Source of the DNA: Candidatus Latescibacterota bacterium
GTDB lineage: Bacteria > Latescibacterota > UBA2968 > GCA-2709665
DNA length: 64,000 nucleotides
Assembly: GCA_963662665.2 (NCBI GenBank)
Contig: CAXXJS010000055.1
Coordinates: forward strand, 29,084 to 93,083
Direction of reading: 5' to 3'
Shown here: positions 48,356 through 58,656 of the stretch, in pieces
How the letters are laid out: the number at the start of each line of letters is the position of its first letter
Position numbering within the stretch: position 1 is the first letter of the stretch
Position numbers and translations under genes: made by a program
Notes under the pieces: model-generated
Told to the model about the DNA's origin: nothing
The model's database searches: none
The model's input: only the letters and a program-made list of their open reading frames with translations

Positions 48356-49816
48356 ATGGCTGTTACGTTGCCCGAGGCAACCCGTGTGTCGCCGACCGTC
48401 TGGGAGATCCCGACTTCATTTAAAAAAGGCATGCTTGTCCCGGCGCGCATTTATGCCACACAGAAACTGATGTCGGAAATGGATCGCGGCGTGATCGAAC
48501 AGGTGACCAACGTGGCCACGCTGCCCGGCATCCTGAACTACGCATTCTGTATGCCCGACGGGCACTGGGGATACGGATTTCCCATCGGCGGCGTGGCCGC
48601 AATGGACGCCGAGCACGGCGTGATCTCGCCGGGAGGCATCGGGTTCGACGTTAACTGCGGGATGCGTCTGGTTACCACCAATCTGACGCATGACGAGGTC
48701 AGGCCCCATCTGAAGAAGCTCGTGGATCGTCTGTTTGAACGCGTACCCGCCGGTGTGGGCAGCACGGGTTTTCTAAAAATATCCCACGACGAGTTCAGAA
48801 CGGTCGTGCAGGAGGGCGCCCGCTGGTGCGTGGACAATCATTACGGTTGGCGGGAAGATCTGGAGCTTACCGAGGAAAGCGGCTGTGTTTCAGGTGCTGA
48901 CGCGACGAAAATCAGCCGCAAGGCGGTGGAACGGGGCTTCAATCAGATCGGAACGCTCGGATCGGGAAACCACTATCTGGAAATTCAGGTGGCAAAGCCG
49001 GACCAGGTGTTCGACAAGGCGGCAGCGGGGGCATTCGGCATCACCATTCCCAATCAGGTTGTCGTGATGTTCCACTGCGGAAGTCGAGGGTTCGGGCACC
49101 AGGTGGCTACAGACTATCTGCAGGTGTTTCTGAAGGTCATGCAAAGGAAGTACGGGATTTCAATTCGGGATCGCGAACTCGCATGCGCGCCCTTTCACTC
49201 CCCGGAGGGCCAGGACTATTTCGCAGCGATGAAGTGTGCGATCAACATGTCGTTCGCCAACCGACAGGTCATTCTTCACCGCATTCGGGAGGTGTTCTCA
49301 GACGTACTGGGACGCAGCCCGGAGGACATGGAGATGCGCCAGGTCTACGACGTGGCGCACAACACCGCCAAGCTGGAACGCCACGAGGTGGAAGGCAGCG
49401 AACGAACGGTACTCGTTCACCGCAAGGGGGCAACGCGGGCATTCGGACCGGGTATGGACGGCGTCCCCGACCGATTCAAGCCCTACGGGCAGCCGGTGAT
49501 TATCGGTGGGAGCATGGAGACCGGGTCCTATCTGCTGGCGGGATCGCCAGACGGAAACCAGGCGTTTTTCTCCACGGCTCACGGCAGCGGACGGACGATG
49601 AGCAGGACAAAGGCTCGCAAACGGTTTCACGGCAAGCGGCTTCAAAAGGAACTGGAAGCCCGCGGGATCTACGTGAAATCGGTGTCATTCGCGGGCCTCG
49701 CGGAAGAGGCCGGAGGCGCGTACAAAGATATCGACGAAGTGATCGAAACCACGCAGCGGGCGGGTCTCAGCAGACGGGTCGTCCGGTTTTCGCCAATCGG
49801 GAACGTGAAAGGGTGA
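48356..49816 (+). CDS. rtcB: RNA-splicing/repair ligase RtcB (long, archaeal-like)
   Basis: MPDGHWGYGFPIGG, DVNCG, GSGNHY, HCGSRG, HN, HRKGAT and HGSGR motifs. Confidence 0.95.
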   Translation: MAVTLPEATRVSPTVWEIPTSFKKGMLVPARIYATQKLMSEMDRGVIEQVTNVATLPGILNYAFCMPDGHWGYGFPIGGVAAMDAEHGVISPGGIGFDVNCGMRLVTTNLTHDEVRPHLKKLVDRLFERVPAGVGSTGFLKISHDEFRTVVQEGARWCVDNHYGWREDLELTEESGCVSGADATKISRKAVERGFNQIGTLGSGNHYLEIQVAKPDQVFDKAAAGAFGITIPNQVVVMFHCGSRGFGHQVATDYLQVFLKVMQRKYGISIRDRELACAPFHSPEGQDYFAAMKCAINMSFANRQVILHRIREVFSDVLGRSPEDMEMRQVYDVAHNTAKLERHEVEGSERTVLVHRKGATRAFGPGMDGVPDRFKPYGQPVIIGGSMETGSYLLAGSPDGNQAFFSTAHGSGRTMSRTKARKRFHGKRLQKELEARGIYVKSVSFAGLAEEAGGAYKDIDEVIETTQRAGLSRRVVRFSPIGNVKG

Positions 49817-49914
49817 TGGCTGCGGAAAGCCGGCCTCATTTGCCTTTTTCTGGACGATGGGCGGGCATCTGACTCTGCTCCCCTGAACACGGCTCGTAGG
49901 GAGGACACCCGGTA

Positions 49915-50802
49915 ATGAGAATCTCGATGATTCTGATATCAGGTTCGCTGGGCAGTGGCAAGACCACATTGCTGGGCCACCTGGTAGCCCGTGCAGACCG
50001 GCGGATCGCGATTCTGATGAACGAGTTCGGAGAGATCGCCATTGACAGCAAGGTGGTAACCGGAAAACATATCCGAATGACAGAACTTGCGGGAGGTTGT
50101 GTCTGTTGTTCGCTGGCGGGGGAGTTCGAGGAAGCGATTAAAGAGATCGTGAAAACCGTGCGTCCGGAACTGATCGTGGTTGAAACCACCGGTGTTGCAG
50201 AGCCGGATGCGGTTATCTTCGACGTGGAGGACAATCTGCCTGGCGTTCGATTGGACAGCGTGGTCGTCGTCGCCGACGCGGATCTGATGGTCCGGTTTCC
50301 CGACCTGGGATACGTAACGACTACGCAGTTTGAAGCGGCGGACATTCTGCTGCTGAATAAAGTGGACCTGGTCACCCTGAAGCAACTTGAGGCCGTGGAA
50401 ACGCAACTGAGTCGTGTGAATCCCGATGCAAGCGTCGTACGGACCCTGAAATGCGAGGTCGATACCAGGCTTCTCTTCGGCTTTGGACGCAAAGCGCGGC
50501 GGTCCGTAATTGCCGCAACGGATCACGGCGGCAAGGTGGAAATCGACAGCTTCGATTTTGTTTCCGACGGGCTTTTCGACCGTGGGAAATTCGAACGCCT
50601 CGTGGAGAACATGCCGGACGCCGTCTACCGCGCGAAGGGGTTCCTTCAATGCGCCGAAGGTGCGTTTCTATTCAATTTTGCGGGAGGCAGGTGGGCGCTG
50701 GAACCCTTCGGAGCGGATCGAACGGAACTCGTGTTTATTGGCATAGGCGCCGCGGAAGCGCGGGTGCGCGTACTCTCGGAACTCGAAGCGTGTCGGAAGT
50801 AG
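49915..50802 (+). CDS. COG0523/CobW family G3E GTPase metallochaperone
   Basis: GSLGSGKTT, NEFG, GCVCC, ETTG, NKVD and RAKG motifs. Confidence 0.93.
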   Translation: MRISMILISGSLGSGKTTLLGHLVARADRRIAILMNEFGEIAIDSKVVTGKHIRMTELAGGCVCCSLAGEFEEAIKEIVKTVRPELIVVETTGVAEPDAVIFDVEDNLPGVRLDSVVVVADADLMVRFPDLGYVTTTQFEAADILLLNKVDLVTLKQLEAVETQLSRVNPDASVVRTLKCEVDTRLLFGFGRKARRSVIAATDHGGKVEIDSFDFVSDGLFDRGKFERLVENMPDAVYRAKGFLQCAEGAFLFNFAGGRWALEPFGADRTELVFIGIGAAEARVRVLSELEACRK

Positions 50803-50831
50803 AACCGTTTGTTACGGAAAGGGTTGCGTAA

Positions 50832-51263
50832 GTGTCCTATAGATTTCTCGAAGATATCGCCATCGCGGACGTGGCTTTCGAAGCCTGGGGCGAAGACCTT
50901 GGCGCACTCTTTACGGCATCCGCTGAGGCCACGCTGAACGTGATGGTGGACGACCTGGATTCTCTGGCGCTCAGAGACCGGCGATCCGTGCAACTCGAGG
51001 CTGATGAACTTGACCTGCTCCTGTTCAACTTTCTGCAGGAGGTCATCTTTTACAAGGACGCCAACCGGCTATTGCTGCGGCCGGTGAATGTACTCGTCGC
51101 AAAACGCGAAAACGCCTTCGCAGTGTCGGGGGAACTGGTCGGGGAGGAATTGGATATGAAACGCCACGATCTGATTGTGGACGTGAAGGCCGTAACGCTC
51201 CACCGTTTCCTCGTGGAACGCGCCGATGGACGGTGGCGGGCGTTCGTTGTCCTGGATATCTGA
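50832..51263 (+). CDS. Archease
   Basis: N-terminal YRFLE..IADV, VKAVTLH, C-terminal VLDI. Confidence 0.93.
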   Translation: MSYRFLEDIAIADVAFEAWGEDLGALFTASAEATLNVMVDDLDSLALRDRRSVQLEADELDLLLFNFLQEVIFYKDANRLLLRPVNVLVAKRENAFAVSGELVGEELDMKRHDLIVDVKAVTLHRFLVERADGRWRAFVVLDI

Positions 51264-51264
51264 A

Positions 51265-51876
51265 ATGAGCATCGGCGGCATTGTGCTGTGTGGCGGACAA
51301 AGTCGACGGATGGGGTCGTCCAAGGCCTGGCTGCGCTTCGGTGACGAGTACCTGCTGCAGCGAGTGGTCCGCGTACTCAGCGATGCGCTGGAACCCGTAC
51401 TTGTGGTGTCCTCGCCACGGCAACGGCTGCCGCGCCTTCCCGGCAACGTGGAGATTGTCCCGGACCAGGTATCCGGCAGGGGCCCGTTACAGGGGCTGGC
51501 GGCGGGCCTTGAGGCGATTTCCCGCCAGGCCAGCGCCGCGTTCGTATGTGGTTGCGATGCGCCATTTTTGCGCCCTGACTTTGTACGCCGCCTCGCCCAT
51601 CTGGCGGGCGAAGCCGATGTCGCCGTGCCGCACGAAGACGGCCGCCTGCATCCGCTCGCGGCCGTTTACCGGGTGTCCGCACTCCCCGCGATTCACGAAA
51701 TGCTGGATGCCGGCACACGCAGACTCGGGACGTTAACGGAACGATGTTGCTGTAGACGGGTGCCCGGATCGGTATTAAGGGAAGTGGACCCTGGATTGGA
51801 ATCGCTTCGAAATATCAACACCCCCGATGAATATGATCGCGCACTGGCGGATGCCGGTGTCCTCCACGGGGATTGA
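51265..51876 (+). CDS. mobA: Molybdenum cofactor guanylyltransferase
   Basis: LCGGQSRRMG..K, GPLQG, CDAPF, HPL and NINTP motifs. Confidence 0.92.
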   Translation: MSIGGIVLCGGQSRRMGSSKAWLRFGDEYLLQRVVRVLSDALEPVLVVSSPRQRLPRLPGNVEIVPDQVSGRGPLQGLAAGLEAISRQASAAFVCGCDAPFLRPDFVRRLAHLAGEADVAVPHEDGRLHPLAAVYRVSALPAIHEMLDAGTRRLGTLTERCCCRRVPGSVLREVDPGLESLRNINTPDEYDRALADAGVLHGD

Positions 51877-51934
51877 TCGGTCAGCCGATTCTTTGTATAT
51901 TGACGTCGGAACGTGGCCGAACCCGGCAGTGTCA

Positions 51935-51964
51935 GCAGTCCGGATGGACTTTTTCAACCGGCTG
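51935..51964. mobile_element. MITE fragment G (one end)
   Basis: GCAGTCCGGATGGACTTTTTCAACCGGCTG matches the right end of copy A. Confidence 0.7.
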
Positions 51965-52057
51965 CCTGGATCGTTGGACGCGCAGCCTCGTCAACCGCAC
52001 AGTGTGCGTGGATTAAACTCGACACATACTAAAACGTCATTTTTCAGGGAGGCGGCT

Positions 52058-52360
52058 ATGCACGAAGATAAAACCCTTGTTACAGAGGGAGAAATCCGGG
52101 AAGCGCTGAAGGATCTGGGCGGTTGGGAATACGACCGGAATAGCAGGGCCCTTCATAGGGTATGGAAGTTTGAGAAATTCGTTCCGACGATGGCCTTTGT
52201 GCGCACGCTGACACAGGTAATGGACAGCAATAACCATCACTCGGACATCAACCTGGACAGCAGGAGCAAAACCCTGACGGTGACGGTGACGACTCACAGC
52301 GAAAATGCCGTCACCCGCGCCGACCTCGATTTCGCCAATGCTGTGAATGCGGCGGAATAA
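52058..52360 (+). CDS. Pterin-4-alpha-carbinolamine dehydratase
   Basis: NHHSDI and TTHS..VT..D motifs; GGAGG RBS. Confidence 0.9.
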   Translation: MHEDKTLVTEGEIREALKDLGGWEYDRNSRALHRVWKFEKFVPTMAFVRTLTQVMDSNNHHSDINLDSRSKTLTVTVTTHSENAVTRADLDFANAVNAAE

Positions 52361-52449
52361 CCCGCAAGCGTTCAAACGACGGTGAATTGGCGGGGTCCTG
52401 GTTTTCCGACCCGCTTTGTCGTCGCAGGCGCAGTAAGTGCCGGCTAAAG

Positions 52450-52609
52450 CAGCCCGTTGAAAAAGTCCATCCGGGCTACGGCCGGCCCTTGCGGTCGAAA
52501 TACTACGTTGCGCTCCCTCGCCGAATCGCTCGATTCGACTCGGTTGCGCGCCTTGTCTTCGGCCACAATGACTCGGCCTCGCCTGCAGAGCGACTTTATC
52601 AACGGACTG
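52450..52609. mobile_element. MITE copy B (160 bp, opposite orientation to copy A)
   Basis: Reverse complement of 31684-31843 with two mismatches. Confidence 0.92.
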
Positions 52610-52825
52610 ATAGGCCTCGCCACATCGCAGGTATCCGTACTTGCGACCGTCACGGTCCGTTATCAACAATGGTCGTCGCCTACCTGCCGATCAGGAATCC
52701 CGATCGCATCCGTTCGGTCCGACGAATTGCGATTGGACTTGCAAATCCCGCAAGAGTTCGTTATGTTATTTTACGGTTGAATTCATGTATTCCGGTCGTT
52801 AATTCAAGAAAAAGGAGAACCACCA

Positions 52826-53188
52826 ATGGGTAATCCCGCGATTACCGCATATCTCAAACCCCACTGTGGATGGAGCCGCGGCATACGGGCGGTGCTTGCC
52901 AAGTACGGCCTTGAGTTCGAAGACAAAGACATCATCAATTATCCGGAAAACTACGAGGAAATGGTACGCAAGAGTGGACAGCCAATGCAGCCGACCCTTG
53001 ATATCGACGGGCAGATCCTGGCCGATATCAGCGGTGACGAACTGGAAGCCTATCTGGTTCGAAGCGGGTACCGGCCGGCGGGTCCCGACCCCGGCGTTCC
53101 CACCGACAGGTCATGCACCGACGAGGAACACGAGGCCATGGCCCGGTCGCAACAGGTGGTATTCTTCAACAACAGGGCGGGAAACTAG
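52826..53188 (+). CDS. Glutaredoxin-like protein (CGWS)
   Basis: YLKPHCGWS and SGQPMQPTLDIDG motifs; AGGAG RBS. Confidence 0.85.
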   Translation: MGNPAITAYLKPHCGWSRGIRAVLAKYGLEFEDKDIINYPENYEEMVRKSGQPMQPTLDIDGQILADISGDELEAYLVRSGYRPAGPDPGVPTDRSCTDEEHEAMARSQQVVFFNNRAGN

Positions 53189-53215
53189 CAGACAGGGTAC
53201 ATTTCGACATGCTGC

Positions 53216-53247
53216 AAGAGGCGGTCCACACGGGACCGCCTCTTTTT
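53216..53247 (+). terminator. Rho-independent terminator
   Basis: AAGAGGCGGTCC ... GGACCGCCTCTT followed by TTT. Confidence 0.8.
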
Positions 53248-53384
53248 GCATGGCCGGTCCGAAGGATATTGCGATATGTGGAATCCCCGAATTAAACCGG
53301 CGCGGCATGACGTCAACTCCAGCCGGCCGCCGACGGACGCGTGGTCCTGTCAGGGTGCGAAATTACTGAATATAAGGGGTCACA

Positions 53385-54146
53385 TTGAGCGTCGAATCGG
53401 AGCGCGTCTTCCGTAAGGAGGAGGGCGCGAAACGGCTGCTCTTCGGTCCGATAGCAGGCTGCGACAATTGCGCGCGGCTCGTTGACTACCGCGCCACGTT
53501 TGCTTCGCCGGAATGCGAGCAGGAGAACGTTGTCCGCTACTGGGCGAAGCCGGTGCCGGGTTTCGGCGATGCGTCCGGCCAACTGCTCGTCATCGGTCTC
53601 GCACCGGGCGCCCATGGAGCGAACCGTACCGGCAGGCCGTTTACGGGCGACTTTGCCGGAAGGGTGCTTTACGGGGCATTGTTCCGACACGGATTCTGCA
53701 GTCAGCCGGAATCCGCACACCCGAACGACGGGCTGAAGTTAAGCAACGTCTACATCACAAACGCCGTGAAGTGCGCCCCACCACAAAACCGGCCGAACGG
53801 TAGCGAGAAACGCGCCTGCCTGGACTGGCTGCGGTTGGAATTGGCGCAATTGAACCGGACTCGGGTTGTACTGGCGATGGGGAGAGACGCGTTTGAAGCC
53901 TACCTGCGCCTCCTGAAGGCGGATGACGTCATCGAGAGGGTGGGGCGCTACCGGTTCGCGCACGGGGGGACCTATCGCTTCGATCGCGATTCCCGGATTC
54001 TGGTCGCCTGTTACCACTTCAGCCGTTACAATATAAATACGCGAAGGCTTACGGAGCAGATGGTTGAAGGTTTGTTCGAGACGGTGAATCGACTGCTTGC
54101 GGATCCGGACGGAATCGCGGGACGCGGGGTTGTTCCCCGGATATAG
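53385..54146 (+). CDS. Uracil-DNA glycosylase family 5 (UdgB-like)
   Basis: CDNC, GLAPGAHGANRTGRPFTGD, KCAPP and YHFS motifs. Confidence 0.92.
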   Translation: MSVESERVFRKEEGAKRLLFGPIAGCDNCARLVDYRATFASPECEQENVVRYWAKPVPGFGDASGQLLVIGLAPGAHGANRTGRPFTGDFAGRVLYGALFRHGFCSQPESAHPNDGLKLSNVYITNAVKCAPPQNRPNGSEKRACLDWLRLELAQLNRTRVVLAMGRDAFEAYLRLLKADDVIERVGRYRFAHGGTYRFDRDSRILVACYHFSRYNINTRRLTEQMVEGLFETVNRLLADPDGIAGRGVVPRI

Positions 54147-54335
54147 GTCGCCTGAATTCGGCCGACGAGTCACCCGCCTCGCATCCGGCTCAGGGCTGCG
54201 CCTTCGACAAGTTCAGCGTCCACATTTCGTTGAGCTCAATGCAGGTTTACTCAAAGACCACGTTTCAGGAAGCGAAGCCACCCCGGAATGACACCAGTGT
54301 CCGGTTTCCTTCGGCGGCGCCGGGCAGGGCCGTTG

Positions 54336-54935
54336 TTACGGTGTTTCAATATTCCTTAATTCCGCGATATAAGGTAGATTCCGGTACTTCTGGTCGTAGT
54401 CCAGGCCGTAACCGACGACGAATTTGTCGGGGATGGTGAAGCCGACGTAGTCGACCGGCACGTTCACGATTCGACGGGCAGGTTTGTCCAGAAGGCTGCA
54501 GACCTTCAGGCTTCGAGGGCGCCTCGTTTCCAGAATCCGCAATAGATATTCGAGCGTGAGGCCCGTATCCACAATATCCTCGACAAGGAGTACGTTGGCA
54601 CCGGCGATGTCCCGGTCGAGATCGGCCAGGATCCTGACAACGCCGGAACTCCGCGTCGCTTTTCCGTAACTGGCTACGGACATATATTCGATCTCCACCG
54701 GAATGTGTAATTCCCTGGCCAGATCGGCAAGAAAGAAGAGGGCGCCTTTGAAAACGCCCGTTAGAATGAGCGGTTGCAGTTGCTCTTCCGCGTTTCGAGG
54801 GTCTTGGGCTCCCGGGCGATTTTGACAGGAGGCGTGGTCGGCGCGGAAATCAGCCGATATCCGGGCGCCCAGGTGGCGGACCTTCTTTTGAATTTCCACG
54901 GAGGGAATTAGAATTCCCGGTTGTGAGTCTTCCAC
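54336..54935 (-). CDS. hpt: Hypoxanthine phosphoribosyltransferase
   Basis: VLLVEDIVDTGLT, LLDKP and FVVGYGLDY motifs; GTG start inferred. Confidence 0.93.
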   Translation of the reverse strand: MEDSQPGILIPSVEIQKKVRHLGARISADFRADHASCQNRPGAQDPRNAEEQLQPLILTGVFKGALFFLADLARELHIPVEIEYMSVASYGKATRSSGVVRILADLDRDIAGANVLLVEDIVDTGLTLEYLLRILETRRPRSLKVCSLLDKPARRIVNVPVDYVGFTIPDKFVVGYGLDYDQKYRNLPYIAELRNIETP

Positions 54936-55103
54936 GCAGTTACCAGGGTTTAGAACAACTTGACAGGTGGAGTACACCTCGAATACGGATTCCGGCACTC
55001 ATCGGCCTTTCTGGGAATCGTCGGCCGGACGACGGGCCCTGGTTTACCAAGATATGGTGCGGCAGTCAATCGGGCAACCGGCCTTCGCCCGGGTGGATAA
55101 CAC

Positions 55104-57158
55104 ATGACAAGACTGATCACTGGCAGTCGCCTTGTAATGGCGAGGGAACGGCGGGGCCATCCCGCATTCATACATGCCTACCGTCGACTGAAGAACGAGG
55201 CGAATGCCTTCCTGTCCGAAGAGATGCAACCTCAGGATCGCCCGGCGGGTTATTACCACAACTACTTTTGCCCGGACCACGCCGTCGAACTCACGTTCGA
55301 CGCCGGGTCGCCGGGCGCCCACCGATGTCCCAGGGACGGACGTGTCTTTTCGGGCGAGCCGTACGACTCCGCGTGGCGCTGGTTCGTCAACAACCGGCTT
55401 TCCACGATGGCGTACAGGCTGGCGCTGATGTGGCAGTTGGATACTAACCGCGCTTATCTGGCAAGATGTCGAGAGATTCTGTTGGCCTATGCGGAACTGT
55501 ATCCGGGATATCCCATTGAGCGTGAACTGCCGTATGGCTGGGGCAAGGTGGCAAACCATTCACTCGACGAAGCGGTCTGGCTGATACCGATATCCGGGGC
55601 GTATGACCTTGTGCGGGAATCCCTCACACCAAACCAGCGGACGCTGATTGAAACCGACCTTCTCGCCGTGGCGGCGGAACACATTCAGGGCCAGAAGTTC
55701 CACCGCATACACAACATTGAATGCTGGCACAATGCTGCTATCGCGGCGGTGGGTTTCTGTCTCAACGACGCAGGTTTCCAAAAGGTAGCCCTGGAGGACG
55801 ATTTCGGGTTTTACCACCAGTTGCGCGAAGGCGTTCTGGATGACGGGTTGTGGTGGGAAGGATCGTCCAGCTACCATTTCTACACCCTCGCAGCATTGAT
55901 TGCCCAGGTCCAGGTATCGGAGGACAGCGGCGCCGACCTGCACAGATGCGACCGGCTGAGGGCGATGTTCCGGTCGCCGTTGTCTCTGGCGTATCCCGAT
56001 TGGAGGCTGCCCGCCACCAACGACTGCTGGTATTTCTCCTCGCTGCTGTCCGACGTCTGCCACGGCGTACCGCCGGCAGAATCTTTTTACGAGGTTGGGT
56101 ACGGATGGTATAATGAGCCCGTCTTCGCCCGGATACTCGAAACCAACTATGCCCGAAGGCCCCGAACGGCTGTGGAGGCGCTTCTTTACGGGAAAGAATT
56201 GCCCGATACCGGAGGCAGATTCGTTGCGCAGAGCGCCGTTCTGAAACCGTCGGGAATCGCCATTTTGAGGTCGGGGGAGGCGATCGAACGGCAAAGCTGC
56301 GTGCTGCTGAAGTACGGCCCGCACGGCGGCGGTCACGGGCATCCGGACAAGCTTTCGATTTCCTTCTACGCGCAAGGTTTACCGGTGGCCGCGGACCTGG
56401 GCACGCCCGGGTATGGCGTGGACCTGAACGAGACCTGGTATCGGCAGACATTAAGCCATAACACCGTGACGGTAAACGGCCATTCCCAGCCTCCGGCGGA
56501 AGGGCGGCTGGTGAATTTCGACGTACGGCGCACCGATGGGTTCGAGGTTGTCGACGCGATCGTTTCATGGGAGAAAGCCCCGTATGACGGTGTAACCATG
56601 CGGCGGGTGATTCTGTGGACGGATTCCTACTTTTGGGATGTGTTCCGCGTTGTTGCGCCGGATGAATGCCAGATGGATTGGGTCTGCAGGTTCAATGCCA
56701 GCCGGCTCAGGGGCACGGGCCTGTCACGTCGCGGATCGATTTCGCTTTCCGGCGACGGGTATGGCCACGTCCGGCAGCCGGTCGAATTCGTGCCCGAGGA
56801 AATGGTTTCCTGTCAATGGCGTTTGCCGACGGGCGGGATCGGGGCATTCCTCGCTGAAGACGCGGGGGCGCGAATAATTATGGGAGAAGCACCGCTTCAG
56901 CCCGCGACGGAATCCGGCGAAGTGCTCATCCGCCGCAGGATCGCCCGGAACACAACCTTTGTCTCGCTCGTGCATCACTGGGACGCGCATCCCCTTGTCA
57001 GCCACGTGGCCGCGGTGGAACCGGGTGGTACAGGAGGGGCATACCGGGTACAGGCGGGGAGGGAACAACACCTCTGGGTCATGTCTGAAGCTGCTCCTGA
57101 CCTGTCAGGCATCCAGGCCGATCGAACGTTTTCTTACCCGCTGACAGCGCAGGCATGA
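55104..57158 (+). CDS. Heparinase II/III-like / oligoalginate lyase-like polysaccharide lyase
   Basis: LDEAVW, HN, DGLWWEGS..YH, HGGGHGHPDKL and SHNTV motifs. Confidence 0.82.
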   Translation: MTRLITGSRLVMARERRGHPAFIHAYRRLKNEANAFLSEEMQPQDRPAGYYHNYFCPDHAVELTFDAGSPGAHRCPRDGRVFSGEPYDSAWRWFVNNRLSTMAYRLALMWQLDTNRAYLARCREILLAYAELYPGYPIERELPYGWGKVANHSLDEAVWLIPISGAYDLVRESLTPNQRTLIETDLLAVAAEHIQGQKFHRIHNIECWHNAAIAAVGFCLNDAGFQKVALEDDFGFYHQLREGVLDDGLWWEGSSSYHFYTLAALIAQVQVSEDSGADLHRCDRLRAMFRSPLSLAYPDWRLPATNDCWYFSSLLSDVCHGVPPAESFYEVGYGWYNEPVFARILETNYARRPRTAVEALLYGKELPDTGGRFVAQSAVLKPSGIAILRSGEAIERQSCVLLKYGPHGGGHGHPDKLSISFYAQGLPVAADLGTPGYGVDLNETWYRQTLSHNTVTVNGHSQPPAEGRLVNFDVRRTDGFEVVDAIVSWEKAPYDGVTMRRVILWTDSYFWDVFRVVAPDECQMDWVCRFNASRLRGTGLSRRGSISLSGDGYGHVRQPVEFVPEEMVSCQWRLPTGGIGAFLAEDAGARIIMGEAPLQPATESGEVLIRRRIARNTTFVSLVHHWDAHPLVSHVAAVEPGGTGGAYRVQAGREQHLWVMSEAAPDLSGIQADRTFSYPLTAQA

Positions 57159-57282
57159 CAGGATAACTTGACGTTTGCATTTTATCGGTTGTACGTTATT
57201 TTTTCGTTTGCGAACCCACGCGGACGCTGGCGATTTACGGCGAGTCTGGACAATCACTTTAAAAAAAGAGAGATTAAAAATT

Positions 57283-58656
57283 GTGGAAGGATCAGTTAAA
57301 GCAATAAACGGCGAGTTTCGGGATGTGCTTAACCGGTCTCTTGCGCTTTACGAAAAAGCGTCGCGTATTTTTCCCAACGGCGTTACCCACGATTCGCGCT
57401 TCACTGAGCCGTTTCCCATATACGCAAGTCGTGCCGAAGCCGGGCGTAAGTGGGACGTGGACGGTCGTGAATACGTGGATCTCTGGATGGGTCACGGGGC
57501 GTTGATGCTGGGGCATTGCTATCCGGATATGGTGGCGGCCGTTTCGGAACAGGTGGCGCGTGGCACGCACTACGGCGCGTGTCACGAGCTGGAAGTGGAA
57601 TGGGGAGAATGGGTCATGAAGTTAATCCCCACCGCCGAACGCGTTCGATTCACAAGCTCAGGCACCGAGGCAACGCTGATGGCGCTCCGGCTGGCGCGGA
57701 CGTTCACCGGAAAGCGAAAGGTTCTCAAATTTACCGGACACTTCCACGGCTGGCACGACAACCTCAACGTGGGTGTGCTTCCGCCCTTCGACGAACCCGT
57801 ACCTCCCGGCGTTCTTCGCGAAGTTGCGGATACCGTCTGCCTGTGCCCGCCGAACCGAATCGATCGAGTTGAGGCCATTCTTGACCGGGACGACGACATT
57901 GGCTGTGTCATTCTGGAGCCCACCGGAGCCACTTTCGGCATTGCGCCCCTCCGTCCGGGCTTCCTGGAAGATCTGCGGCGGGTTACGCTTCAACACGACG
58001 TGCTATTGATCTTTGACGAAGTGGTCACCGGCTTTCGTTGCGCGCCCGGGGGCGCCCAGTCCTACTATAACATCGAGCCGGATCTCACCTCGCTGGCGAA
58101 AATTCTGGCAGGCGGACTACCGGGAGGCTGTCTGACCGGCCGGCGGGATATCATGGATCTGCTGGCGTTCAGGGGAGACCGGGAGTGGGACACGTGCAGA
58201 AAAATGCCCCACCAGGGCACGTTTAACGCCAATCCGGTTTCCGCGGCCGCCGGGATTGCCACGCTGAAGATTATCGAAGACGGTACACACATCGCACGCG
58301 CAAACCGGAACGGTGAACTCCTGCGCAACCGCCTCAACCTCGTCATCTCGGACCACGGCGTGGACTGGGTTGTATACGGCGACTTTTCCGGAGTTAAATT
58401 CCTTCCAGACAGCGGCCCCATGGATCAGAGCCTGGAAGCAATAGCCGATGGAACCTATGATTACCGCCGGCTGAAGGCGCCCGACCCGGTGATGCGGGAT
58501 GCGTTCCGCGCAAACATGCAACTGGAGGGTGTCGATCTGCACGGATTGACCGGGTTGACGGCATCGGTGCACACCAGCGAAGATCTGGATCACGTCGTCC
58601 GGGCATTCGATCGCACCCTGGGCCGATTGAAAAGCCAGGACCTGATTGGGAGTTAG
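57283..58656 (+). CDS. Class III PLP aminotransferase (glutamate-1-semialdehyde aminomutase-like)
   Basis: SGTEAT, FHGWHD, FDEVVTGFR, AKILAGG and GTFNANP motifs. Confidence 0.9.
   Translation: MEGSVKAINGEFRDVLNRSLALYEKASRIFPNGVTHDSRFTEPFPIYASRAEAGRKWDVDGREYVDLWMGHGALMLGHCYPDMVAAVSEQVARGTHYGACHELEVEWGEWVMKLIPTAERVRFTSSGTEATLMALRLARTFTGKRKVLKFTGHFHGWHDNLNVGVLPPFDEPVPPGVLREVADTVCLCPPNRIDRVEAILDRDDDIGCVILEPTGATFGIAPLRPGFLEDLRRVTLQHDVLLIFDEVVTGFRCAPGGAQSYYNIEPDLTSLAKILAGGLPGGCLTGRRDIMDLLAFRGDREWDTCRKMPHQGTFNANPVSAAAGIATLKIIEDGTHIARANRNGELLRNRLNLVISDHGVDWVVYGDFSGVKFLPDSGPMDQSLEAIADGTYDYRRLKAPDPVMRDAFRANMQLEGVDLHGLTGLTASVHTSEDLDHVVRAFDRTLGRLKSQDLIGS

Noticed and set aside
57283-58656. Calling this gene hemL
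   Set aside because: The N-terminus (GVTHDSR) departs from HemL GVNSPVR and no hem genes are nearby, so it is left as a class III aminotransferase.
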